Assembly (NCBI GenBank): GCA_963666115.2
Contig: CAXXET010000006.1
Location: 96,001-160,000 of the forward strand
Direction of reading: 5' to 3'
From: Dehalococcoidia bacterium
GTDB taxonomy: Bacteria; Chloroflexota; Dehalococcoidia; UBA6926
DNA length: 64,000 bases
Part shown: piece after piece, positions 1 to 10,700 of the stretch
How positions within the stretch are numbered: position 1 is the first letter of the stretch
How the letters are laid out: each line of letters begins with the position of its first letter
Position numbers and translations under genes: made by a program
The notes under the pieces: generated by a model
Database searches by the model: none
What the model was told of the DNA's origin: nothing
Seen by the model: only the letters and a program-made list of their open reading frames with translations

Positions 1-1
1 C

Positions 2-1066
2 TCCTCCGCCGGCGAACTCGCTCGCATCGCGGCCTACTACGAGAACTTCATCGTCGGGCAGGAATCACGCACTCTCCTGGACGGCGTATCCGTTCGCGAT
101 TGGATAGGCGAATTCCTCCCGAAGCGCATTCGCGTTATCCCGCTCGTGGAGGAGCGCGATCAGATGCTCCGCGTCGATGACATCGTCCGCGAGTACCTGC
201 GGGAGCGTGAGGAGCCGTACCAGCGTGTCTTCCTGGCCCGCAGCGACCCCGCCCTGAACTACGGTATGGTTGGCGCGGAAATCCTGCTCAAGTCCGCCCT
301 CCACCGCGTTGACCGGCTCGCGCAGGAGACCGGCATTCCCATGTACCCGATTATCGGCGCCGGCTCCGTCCCGTTCCGCGGACACCTGACACCCGCCAAC
401 ACGGCCCGCGCCTTCCGTGAATACCCCAGCGTCCACACCCTCACCGTCCAGTCCGCCTTCAAATTTGACTATCCCCGTGACGATGTGGCATCGGCCATCG
501 CCCAAATCCGGGCTCACGAACAGGCGCCCGCGCAGCCGATTGATGAGCAGCGCGCCGTCGCCATCCTCGATAAGGCCGCCGCTGAGTACCAAAGGCAGGT
601 GCGCAGCCTTGCCCCCACCATCGCCGCAGTCTCCGCCCTCTCCCCGCGCAGGCGGGAGCGCAAGCTCCACGTGGGGCTCTTCGGCTACGGCCGCTCCCTC
701 TCCGGCTCGGACGACGTTACGCTCCCCCGCGCCATCGCCTTCACCACCGCCCTCTACTCCATCGGCGTCCCCCCGGAACTCCTCGGCCTCGCCGCCCTTG
801 ACCAGGATGACTTCGCCTACCTGCGAGAAATCTACCCCAGCTTCGCGGAAGACCTCGCCACGGCCCTCCGCTATGCGAACGAAACGCGCGTCAACCAGCT
901 CCTTGGGGACAACTACCGCCGCCTCCTTGTCCGCTTCACGGAAGAGATCGACCGCATTCACGAAGGTCTCACCACCGCAGTCTGGGCCAGCATCGAGCAG
1001 GACGCCACCGGCCAGGTCCCCCACTACATCGCAGAAGCAGGACAACTCCGCCGCTTCCTGGGCTGA
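2..1066 (+). CDS. ppcA: Archaeal-type phosphoenolpyruvate carboxylase, 5' truncated by window edge
   Basis: Frame open from base 2. Motifs RVFLARSDPALNYG, IIGAGSVPFRGHL, TVQSAFKFDY and LPRAIAFTTALYSIGVPPE are typical of PpcA. Confidence 0.9.
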   Translation, partial: SSAGELARIAAYYENFIVGQESRTLLDGVSVRDWIGEFLPKRIRVIPLVEERDQMLRVDDIVREYLREREEPYQRVFLARSDPALNYGMVGAEILLKSALHRVDRLAQETGIPMYPIIGAGSVPFRGHLTPANTARAFREYPSVHTLTVQSAFKFDYPRDDVASAIAQIRAHEQAPAQPIDEQRAVAILDKAAAEYQRQVRSLAPTIAAVSALSPRRRERKLHVGLFGYGRSLSGSDDVTLPRAIAFTTALYSIGVPPELLGLAALDQDDFAYLREIYPSFAEDLATALRYANETRVNQLLGDNYRRLLVRFTEEIDRIHEGLTTAVWASIEQDATGQVPHYIAEAGQLRRFLG

Positions 1067-1073
1067 ATCCCCC

Positions 1074-1099
1074 CCGTTCACCCTGAGCCTGTCGAAGGG
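1074..1099 (+). repeat. Palindromic repeat family C (CCGTTCACCCTGAGCCTGTCGAAGGG)
   Basis: Near-identical copies at 3939, 25340, 55176, 58000 and 59044, all on +. Confidence 0.85.
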
Positions 1100-1140
1100 C
1101 GCCCTATGCTAGACTGTCCCCTGAAAGGCGGACACCACCC

Positions 1141-1407
1141 ATGACAACCCAAACACCAACCCCCACTGACAACGAGCGTCTCAGCACCCTCGAAGGAACC
1201 GTTGGCCAAATGTCTGAGCGCATGTCTGACATGCATTCCCAGATGATCAGCCACAACGAGAACAACAAACGCCGCGCATGACAGGCTCCATAACGACATC
1301 AACAACCTCCGCACCCTCATGTTCATGGGCTTTTCGGCCTCATGTGGGCCACCATGGTCGGCGGCTTCATCGCCCTCTTCGTCGCCATCCTTAACGTCCC
1401 CTCCTAA
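1141..1407 (+). pseudogene. Frameshifted paralog of the small coiled-coil/membrane protein at 12845
   Basis: Begins MTTQTPTPTDNERLSTLEG. Removing one A (~1268) and two T (~1332) from homopolymers restores ...NNLRTLMFMGFGLMWATMVGGFIALFVAILNVPS*, collinear with 12845..13081. Could be an assembly error. Confidence 0.75.
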
Positions 1408-1414
1408 CCCCCCT

Positions 1415-1441
1415 CGTTTTTCCCGCGAAAGCGGGAATCCA
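1415..1441 (+). repeat. Palindromic repeat family A (GTCATTCCCGCGAAAGCGGGAATCCA-like)
   Basis: TTCCCGC-GAAA-GCGGGAA hairpin. Other copies at 11902, 11968, 13195, 13432, 15391, 16880, 24735, 25379, 53081, 55146, 58043 and 58084. Confidence 0.85.
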
Positions 1442-1454
1442 GCCCCCCAAAAAC

Positions 1455-1484
1455 TTGACACCCCGCCCCCTTTCCGCGCATAGT
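1455..1484 (+). promoter_or_regulatory. Putative sigma70 promoter of pyrG
   Basis: TTGACA-18 nt-CATAGT. Confidence 0.45.
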
Positions 1485-1603
1485 GAACCTTGGTATCCGG
1501 CTCGGGCATTCTCATGCCCCCGCCACGTCTTACCACACGTCCCACGCAGACGCGCAACGATATTCCTTGGCGCCGTTCACACAAGCGGCCCATTTGGGGA
1601 TGC

Positions 1604-3304
1604 ATGGCAAAGTACGTCTTTGTGACCGGCGGCGTCGTTAGTTCCATCGGTAAGGGCATCACCGCCGCCGCCATTGGTCGGCTCTTCACTAGCCGCGGCA
1701 TCAGGGTCGCTGTTCAGAAGCTTGACCCCTATCTGAACGTCGACCCCGGCACCATGTCCCCCTACCAGCACGGCGAGGTCTTCGTCACCAGGGACGGCGC
1801 CGAGACCGATCTCGACCTCGGACACTATGAACGATTCGTGGACACCGAAATGACACGCTCATCCAGCGTCACCGCCGGACAGGTCTACTCGTCCGTCCTC
1901 TCCCGCGAGAGGCGCGGCGACTTCCTCGGCGGCACCATCCAGGTCATCCCCCACGTCACCAACTCCATCAAGAACCGCATGAGGCACGTCGCCGACGAAA
2001 CCGGGGCGGAGGTCATCATCATCGAGGTCGGCGGCACCGTCGGCGACATCGAGGGCCAGCCCTTCCTCGAAGCCATCCGCCAGGTCCGCAATGAGGTCGG
2101 GCGCGCCGACGCCATCTTCGTCCACGTCACCTATCTCCCGTACCTCCACGCCACCGGCGAGCTCAAGACCAAGCCCACACAGCACTCCGTACGCGAGCTT
2201 GGCCGCGTCGCCGGCATCGCCCCGGACGTCATCATCGCCCGCAGCGAGGTTGAGGCCGACCAGGACACGGTCGACAAGATCGCCCTCTTCTGCGACGTTG
2301 AGAAACAAGCCGTCGTGCCCCTCTCCACCGTGGACACCATCTACCGCGTCCCCCTCCTCCTTGAAGAGCGCGGCCTGGGCGACTACCTCCTTAAAAGGAT
2401 GCAGCTCGCGGACTATGCCCAGGCCGAGCCGCAGCTCGATGATTGGCGCGATCTTGTCCGCCGTTTTGAAGAGCCCAAGCCCCCCCTCACCGTCGCCATC
2501 GTCGGCAAGTACGTCGAACTGCGCGATGCCTATCTATCCGTTAAAGAGGCGCTCGCCCACGCCGGCCTTGAGATCGGCGTGGACATCGATATCGAGTGGA
2601 TATCCGCCGAAGAGCTTGAGCAGGACGGCTGGGAAGCGCAGTTGGAGCGCGCCCACGGCATCGTCGTCCCCGGCGGCTTCGGCGAGCGCGGCATCGAGGG
2701 CATGATCCGCGCCGCCTCCTACGCGAGGGAGCAGCGCGTCCCGTACCTCGGCCTCTGCCTGGGCATGCAGATCATGGTCATCGAGTTCGCGCGAAACGTC
2801 GCCGGCCTCCGTGGCGCAAACTCCACCGAGTTTGACGTGGCAACCCCCCACCCCGTCATCCACATCATGGAAGACCAGGAGCGCATCCGCGCCAAGGGCG
2901 GCACCATGCGCCTCGGCTCCTACCTCTGCCACCTCACCCCCGGCACCAGCGCCGCCCGCGCCTATGGCAACCCGGAGACCATCGTGGAGCGCCACCGCCA
3001 CCGCTTTGAATTCAACAACGCCTATCGCTCTTCCTTTAAGGAGGCCGGCCTCATCGTCAGCGGCGCATACCGTGAGCTTGACCTCGTCGAGATATCCGAG
3101 GTGCGCGACCACCCATTCATGCTCGGCACCCAATTCCACCCGGAGTTCAAGTCCCGACCCACGCGCGCCCACCCCCTCTTCCGCGAATTCGTCTCCGTCG
3201 CCGCCGACATCCTCCGCGAAGGCGAACAACCCGCCCTGCTAATAGCCCAGGACGGCCTCGCCCACCCCGCCCAACGCCCCCACCCCGAAGCCGCAGTAGG
3301 GTAA
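1604..3304 (+). CDS. pyrG: CTP synthase
   Basis: MAKYVFVTGGVVSSIGKG, KLDPYLNVDPGTMSPYQHGEVFVT, GATase LGLCLGMQ and QFHPEF. Confidence 0.98.
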   Translation: MAKYVFVTGGVVSSIGKGITAAAIGRLFTSRGIRVAVQKLDPYLNVDPGTMSPYQHGEVFVTRDGAETDLDLGHYERFVDTEMTRSSSVTAGQVYSSVLSRERRGDFLGGTIQVIPHVTNSIKNRMRHVADETGAEVIIIEVGGTVGDIEGQPFLEAIRQVRNEVGRADAIFVHVTYLPYLHATGELKTKPTQHSVRELGRVAGIAPDVIIARSEVEADQDTVDKIALFCDVEKQAVVPLSTVDTIYRVPLLLEERGLGDYLLKRMQLADYAQAEPQLDDWRDLVRRFEEPKPPLTVAIVGKYVELRDAYLSVKEALAHAGLEIGVDIDIEWISAEELEQDGWEAQLERAHGIVVPGGFGERGIEGMIRAASYAREQRVPYLGLCLGMQIMVIEFARNVAGLRGANSTEFDVATPHPVIHIMEDQERIRAKGGTMRLGSYLCHLTPGTSAARAYGNPETIVERHRHRFEFNNAYRSSFKEAGLIVSGAYRELDLVEISEVRDHPFMLGTQFHPEFKSRPTRAHPLFREFVSVAADILREGEQPALLIAQDGLAHPAQRPHPEAAVG

Positions 3305-3308
3305 CCAC

Positions 3309-3509
3309 GTGGCAAGGAAGTACAGAGATGCAATCCGTATCATCAAGAATGACGGCTGGTACTATTCGTACAGCAGGGGTGGGCATGACTACTACTACCA
3401 CGATGTCAAACGCGGCAAAGTCACCGTTGACGGCCGCCCCGGCGACGACATCCGCAAAAAGCGTTGGGCGCAGATCATGAGGCAGGCAGGCCTCAGGGAG
3501 CGATACTGA
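3309..3509 (+). CDS. hicA: HicA-family toxin (mRNA interferase)
   Basis: 66 aa basic protein with DGWY..SRGGH.YY.H and KVTV...DI pattern. Its stop overlaps the start of a HicB-like gene. Confidence 0.8.
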   Translation: MARKYRDAIRIIKNDGWYYSYSRGGHDYYYHDVKRGKVTVDGRPGDDIRKKRWAQIMRQAGLRERY

Positions 3510-3976
3510 TGAAGCTGACGAAACTCACCTACGCAGTCGTCCTGACAGAGGGCCCCAACAACTGGGACGGGTATTGCCCGGACGTCCCCTCAGTCTTCAG
3601 CGCCGGCGCTGACATCCATGACCAGCGCAAACGCCTCGCCTCCGCCCTCGCCTTCCACCTCGAATGTCTCGCCGCGGACGGCGAGCCCATCCCATATCCC
3701 AGGATGACCACCCCGGAGGAAGCCCTTGAACATGAGGCCAAGACCGACGCCGAATACGCCGCCGAGTTCCCGGATGAACCCACAGACCAGGAGGAAGGCT
3801 GGTCCGAACCCATCGCAGAAATGATGGAAATCGAAACCAACATCACCAATCCCAACCCGCCCCCCGCCAGACCCGGCCGGAATGCCCGCCCCCGCCGCCG
3901 CTCCCGCCCCGAATCCCCCGCGAAGGCGGGGGCCCCCTCCGCTCACCCTGAGCCCGTCGAAGGGCGAACCCCCTAA
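3509..3976 (+). CDS. hicB: HicB-family antitoxin; C-terminus runs through repeats E and C
   Basis: YAVVL.EG..NW.GYCPDVP.VFSAG......L..AL.FHLE.L..DGEPIP.P. Confidence 0.8.
   Translation: MKLTKLTYAVVLTEGPNNWDGYCPDVPSVFSAGADIHDQRKRLASALAFHLECLAADGEPIPYPRMTTPEEALEHEAKTDAEYAAEFPDEPTDQEEGWSEPIAEMMEIETNITNPNPPPARPGRNARPRRRSRPESPAKAGAPSAHPEPVEGRTP
3911..3964 (+). repeat. Repeat family E (GAATCCCCCGCGAAGGCGGGGGCC) followed by family C
   Basis: E also at 14188 and 53147, with a partial copy at 11946. Confidence 0.8.
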
Positions 3977-4002
3977 CCGCCCCTTAATTAAAGGAGACCC
4001 AC

Positions 4003-5703
<1,701 letters not shown>

Positions 5704-5711
5704 GGCGCCCA

Positions 5712-6209
5712 ATGCCAACACCCACTCTCGGCGCTGTCTACATCGAAACCTCCGTCGTCTCATACCTCACCGCGCGCGCCTCCACAGACCTCTCAATGGC
5801 CGCCCGCCAACTCGCCACCCTGGAATGGTGGACCAACCACAGGCAGCGCTATCGACTTGTCACCTCGGAGCTCACACTCACGGAAGCCCGTCAGGGAGAC
5901 AGGGCCGCAGCCGACAGGAGGCTGGCCGCCTTGCGCGGCATCCCGCTCCTCCCCATCACCGCGGAGGCGCAGCAACTCACGGACGCCCTCATCGACGCCG
6001 GGGCAGTGCCGGCAGCCTCACGCATCGACGCCGCCCACATCGCCGTATCCGCCGTCCATGGCATCGACTACCTCTTAACGTGGAACTTTCGCCACATCGC
6101 CAACGTCCGCAACCAGGCCCTCATTTTCACCGTCTGCCAACAGCAGGGGTATACTAGCCCCGGAATAGGCGCTCCATCCGCGCTCATGGGAGACCCAACC
6201 GATGGCTGA
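5712..6209 (+). CDS. PIN-domain (VapC-like) toxin
   Basis: VYIETSVVSYL and DAAHIAVSAVHGIDYLLTWNFRHIAN. Confidence 0.88.
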   Translation: MPTPTLGAVYIETSVVSYLTARASTDLSMAARQLATLEWWTNHRQRYRLVTSELTLTEARQGDRAAADRRLAALRGIPLLPITAEAQQLTDALIDAGAVPAASRIDAAHIAVSAVHGIDYLLTWNFRHIANVRNQALIFTVCQQQGYTSPGIGAPSALMGDPTDG

Positions 6210-6774
6210 CAAGATCATGGAAGAACTCTGGAAGATCAGAGACGACTTCGCCCGTGAGCACGGCTACGACACAGGCCGCATGTTTGACTACCTTCGCAGT
6301 GTGGACGGGCGCACCGCCGAAGACTGGCTAACTGATCGCGATTCACACGGTTCCGAAGACACGCCCTCATACATCCGCGCGATCACCGAAACCCCCACGC
6401 CCACTGCGGAGTGGCCTTTCCCCGGCGGCCCCCTCAACACCCAGCTCTTTGACGAAGCCAAAGACTGCTACCTTGAAGGCCGCTTCCGCGCCGCCATCCT
6501 CCTCGGACTCGCGTGCGCCGAACGGGCCCTGGCCGCCTCCCTGCGCCCCGCAGGCGGTGATCACAATCGGGCAGGGCAGGCAGCGCTCCATGATCTCCTG
6601 GCCGCCGCAAGGCGCGACGGCCTCATCGACCCCGCCGATTGCGACTATCTGGACACAATCGACGCAAAGAGGAACGACTCCGTCCACCAGCCCGACCATA
6701 TCCTTGAGCGTCACGCCTCCCGCGTCATCGCCGCAGCCACCCGCCTCATCTCAACCCTCTCCAAGGAAATCTAA
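6202..6774 (+). CDS. Short PIN-partner peptide fused to a DUF4145/HEPN-like domain
   Basis: N-term MADKIMEELWKIRDDFAREHGYD resembles small ORFs that follow this PIN family. C-term has EAKDCYLEGRFRAAILL...E.AL and an R-x4-H motif (RNDSVH). Confidence 0.6.
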   Translation: MADKIMEELWKIRDDFAREHGYDTGRMFDYLRSVDGRTAEDWLTDRDSHGSEDTPSYIRAITETPTPTAEWPFPGGPLNTQLFDEAKDCYLEGRFRAAILLGLACAERALAASLRPAGGDHNRAGQAALHDLLAAARRDGLIDPADCDYLDTIDAKRNDSVHQPDHILERHASRVIAAATRLISTLSKEI

Positions 6775-6807
6775 CCCTGCTACACTGTCCGCAGGAGACA
6801 CCCGCCA

Positions 6808-7311
6808 ATGGACTCGGACACCATAACCATCCTCACCGCCATGGGCGTCGGCTTCATAGCCCTCGCCGCCCTTGTGGTCAGCCTCTTCGCCTGGCTCCGG
6901 TCAGACATGGCCAAAATGGAAGAGCGCGTGAACAAGCGCATGGACGACGGCTTCGCCCGTGTAGACCAGCGCTTCGAAGCCGTAGACGCCCGCATGGATC
7001 GGATGGATGCCAGGTTTGACGGCGTAGATGCCCGCTTTGATCGCGTGGACGCCCGCTTTGACCGCATGGAAGAGCGCTTTGACGCCCGCTTCCAGCGTGT
7101 TGAATCCCAACTCAATACCCTCGCAGAAGACATCGCCCGCATGGACGAACGCCTTGAAGCCCTCGAAGCCCGCCTCAAGGCCCTTGAAGCCGAGGTCGCC
7201 CAGCTCCACGCCCAGACCGCACGCTTCAGCGAGCGCATGGCGCACCTGGACGGCCTCCTCGATGGACTCCGCCAGGCCATCGTCGCCGCCGCCCGCACCC
7301 CCGCCGCCTAA
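6808..7311 (+). CDS. Membrane-anchored heptad-repeat coiled-coil protein
   Basis: N-terminal hydrophobic helix, then 7-aa repeats (VDARFDR/MDARFDG/MEERFDA). Confidence 0.8.
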   Translation: MDSDTITILTAMGVGFIALAALVVSLFAWLRSDMAKMEERVNKRMDDGFARVDQRFEAVDARMDRMDARFDGVDARFDRVDARFDRMEERFDARFQRVESQLNTLAEDIARMDERLEALEARLKALEAEVAQLHAQTARFSERMAHLDGLLDGLRQAIVAAARTPAA

Positions 7312-7371
7312 CCCCCTCCCCAAACCCAAACCCATTTCGAAAAACCCTACCTAATCCCACGCCATAGGCTA

Positions 7372-7401
7372 TTGACAACATATGCCAATCTCCCCTATAG
7401 T
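7372..7401 (+). promoter_or_regulatory. Sigma70 promoter upstream of the S-layer-like gene
   Basis: TTGACA-18 nt-TATAGT. Confidence 0.65.
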
Positions 7402-7406
7402 CTCTC

Positions 7407-7790
7407 GCAGTGACTACGCCTCGCGTCAGGCGTGGGGTATTGGGTGTAGCGCTATTGCGCCGTCCAATCCCCGGTGGGGCAGGACGCGCAGCCACGCACT
7501 GCTTGAGTTGGAGGACTACCCGGAGAGTCGCCTCAAACCTCTCCGAAGACAGGGAGACCGGTCAGAACGACGGAACAGCGCGGGATTGTCAGCGCCCACT
7601 CCACGCCGCATCACGCGGCAAACGTGAGGGTCTCCTGGCGCCCACAGACAGGGAGGAGCAGATGAGTCTACGAGAGCCTTGGCAATCACGAAGCCCCACG
7701 AAGGGCGCCCACAAACCATCACGTTCCTCTACATCACTCGGGAAAGAGGGCCCCAAAGGCCCACATCACAGTTACGGAAGGGGGCTTCCT
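7407..7790 (+). ncRNA. Candidate long structured 5' leader RNA
   Basis: Nested complementary segments: GCAGTG/CACTGC, CGGAGAG/CTCTCCG, GGAGACC/GGTCTCC, GGCGCCC/GGGCGCC, GGGCC/GGCCC, and GGAAG/CTTCC over the RBS. Confidence 0.45.
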
Positions 7791-10700
7791 GTGAAGCGCA
7801 AAGCACTCGTAATCTTGACGGTCGCAATCCTGGCTCTCGCCTTGATTCCGGCCCTCGGGGTTCAGGCCGCAACGGGCGCGGTTAAGATCGTTACGCCCGC
7901 TGAACTCGCCAACCCCACAACGGACAGGACGGCGGCTTTTGACAAGCTCACCAACGCGCCGTACGTCTCCGACGCCTATGGCGAAATCTCCGGCGATATG
8001 TCCGATGTCTACGGCACACTCTACGCCGTCATCGAGGACAACGACGCCACAGCGAACGCCCACCAGGAATACACCGCGTACTTCGGCTCGCAGAGCAATC
8101 AAGACGGCGTGTCCATGGATTTGGACGAGTTGGCTGTCGACACCGTTTATCCCGGTGGAGCCAAAGTCCATGACCATGTAGTCCCGACGGCCGTAACTGC
8201 TCCTGCTACCGCTACTCCGAATGATATTGGCCTCACTGCAGTAGCGAACGATGCCCTTGTGATCGCGGATCGCAACCGTGACGGCGTGGTGAACGGCAAC
8301 GACGTGACCGTCATCAGCTACGGCGTGGATGGCGACGGTAACGAAACCGGTAAGCGCATCTGGCCGGCCACCCTGGTCTTCGACGTGCAAGAGGACACCA
8401 TTTGGGCCAACTTCGCGTCGATGGACACCGCCGCCACCAATGTCCGCGTTCACTTCGTCACGGCCAAGAAGGACACCCTTCTGTACACAACCGGCTCCAA
8501 CACCGGCAAGAGCCTTGTCAGCGTTGAAAGCGATACCGGCGACGCCATCACCATCACCGCGACGGAGAAGAACATCGCCGGGATGGCCACAGGCATTACC
8601 GACGCGGTGGATAGCGCCGACTTTGAGAACGCGGACTACGACTCCACGGACTCCGGCATCTTCCTCGCGCGCTTCGGCGTGATCGACAACCGCTGGAAGA
8701 CCATGCTTACCGATTGGGTAACGGCCGCAGAGGCTGCCGTGGCGACGACCACCGCGACAGCCACTGCCGGAATCGTCCCCGCGCAAACCGGAGCCGGTAC
8801 AACTGCTAGCCCGTACGTTCCCGGCACTCTTATCGTGCCGGTCACCGTTGACTCTTCCGTCACGCACAACGGCACGGATCACTACGTGTACGACGGGAAC
8901 AAGGACGGCGTGATCGACCACAAGGACTTCACCGTTGGGGTGACTTGGACGGAAGGGACCGCAGACACCGATACAACTAATGACCCCGGGCTGACCGTCG
9001 TAGCTACCCACCTTGTCAAGGGCGGCACCGTGGCAGCCGACCATGACTGCAGCGGCACCGCAGCCGACGACACCGTTGTTGCAACGGACACCCTGTGCAC
9101 GACGATTAGCAACACCGGTGTTATCACCGAGACCGAAGACACGACCACGGTCACGGCGACAAGCAAGGTTGTTGACAGCGTTGCCGGGCTTGAGGACGAT
9201 CTGGATATGCAGGCCACGGGCAGCGGCGATAACGCCAAGACCCGGAAGGAAGTCATCGAGGGCATCGCAGCCTTTGCCGGCCTCTGCTCCACGGACGCCT
9301 GCCCTGAGGCGGACTCCCTGGGCGATGCCGTCAACGGCCAGGCCAATAACCTGGGCGCGAGCGACGGCCCGGCGGGCGACCTCGTCCGCCAGCTCCTCGG
9401 CGTCTCGGACGGTGATGACATCGATGTCCTCTACCGCGACCAGAGCCCGAGCGGCACACGCAGCGCCACCTCCACGGTTGACCTGCGCGCGCCCACCATC
9501 GGCGGCCTCAACCCCGCCAATGACACCTTCACCACGGATGACAGGTTTGATGTCCTCTTCACGGTGACCGACGCCGACGCCGGCCTGCCCGAAGACGCCG
9601 AGTCCACCAACTTCGCGGGCTCCGGCGATAACGCCAGGAACTTCGTAGCCGTCGTGGCTGCCGCCAGGCAAGAGGGTGGAACCGGGTACAACGACTCCGA
9701 CGCGAGCGCGTCCAAGCTCGACGAGGACGACGAGATCCCTGACGGCTTCAGCTATGAGTTGGAGATCGACGCCAACAACGCGGCCCGGCTCGCCAGCAAC
9801 GACAACAAGAACCTTGAAGTCCGCATGACCATCACCGCCTACGACAAGGCCGGCAACAAGGGCGTCGCCAACGTCTTCTACACGATCGACGTGATCGATC
9901 CGGACCTCCTCGGCGCGCTCACCGGCATCGGCGTGGAGTTTTCCTCCACGTTGGACCGCAACGACAAGGGAGACAAGGGCGCGCACAAGGTCCTGGAGAA
10001 CAACCGCCGCTGGATGGCCCTCGTCTTCAACGGCCCCGTTGACGGCTCCAACCTCAACCCCTCGGACGTCGCAATCGGCGGCCAGAGCGTGGATGATGTC
10101 ATCTGGCTCAACAACGTGGGCGACAACGTCGTCACCACGGCGGCCAACCAGGACAGCGGCAACATCACCGGCACCACCGGCGCGGGCCTTGCCCTCAAGG
10201 CCGGAACGAAGGGCCAGGACGCGAGGCACGTCCTCTTCGTCAAGCTCGCAACAGACCTTGACACCACCGATCGGCCGCAGGTCGAGATCGATGGCGATGA
10301 CATCCCTGACCTTGCCGGCAACACCAGCCGCTCGGACCACACCATCGCCCGGGCAACGGATCGCCTCGCCCCGGTCTTCACCGTCACCCTGGACGACAAG
10401 CTCAGCAACAACAACCTTGGCGTGACCATCGTGTCCACCGAGGAGCTCCGCCGCTCGCCCACCGCGACCGTCAGCAACGCGCTCGGCGTCGTCAAGCGCC
10501 TGGTCGTCCGTGACAGCGGTGAGAACGCCTGGACGGTCAACACCGCCCGCTCCGGCATCGGACTCGGCGGCAGCGGCCATGACGGCATCTGGACCGTCAA
10601 CGTCTCCGGCGAGGACAGCAACGGCAACGGCGCCACCAACATGAAGGCCAAGTGGGAGCTTGACACCAAGGTCAACAACGGTATGGCCCCCACGCGCGGC

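Noticed and set aside
7520-7560. GGAGAG...CCGAAG resembling a glycine riboswitch
   Set aside because: It lacks the downstream CTCTCAGG element, and GGAGAG pairs locally with CTCTCC instead.
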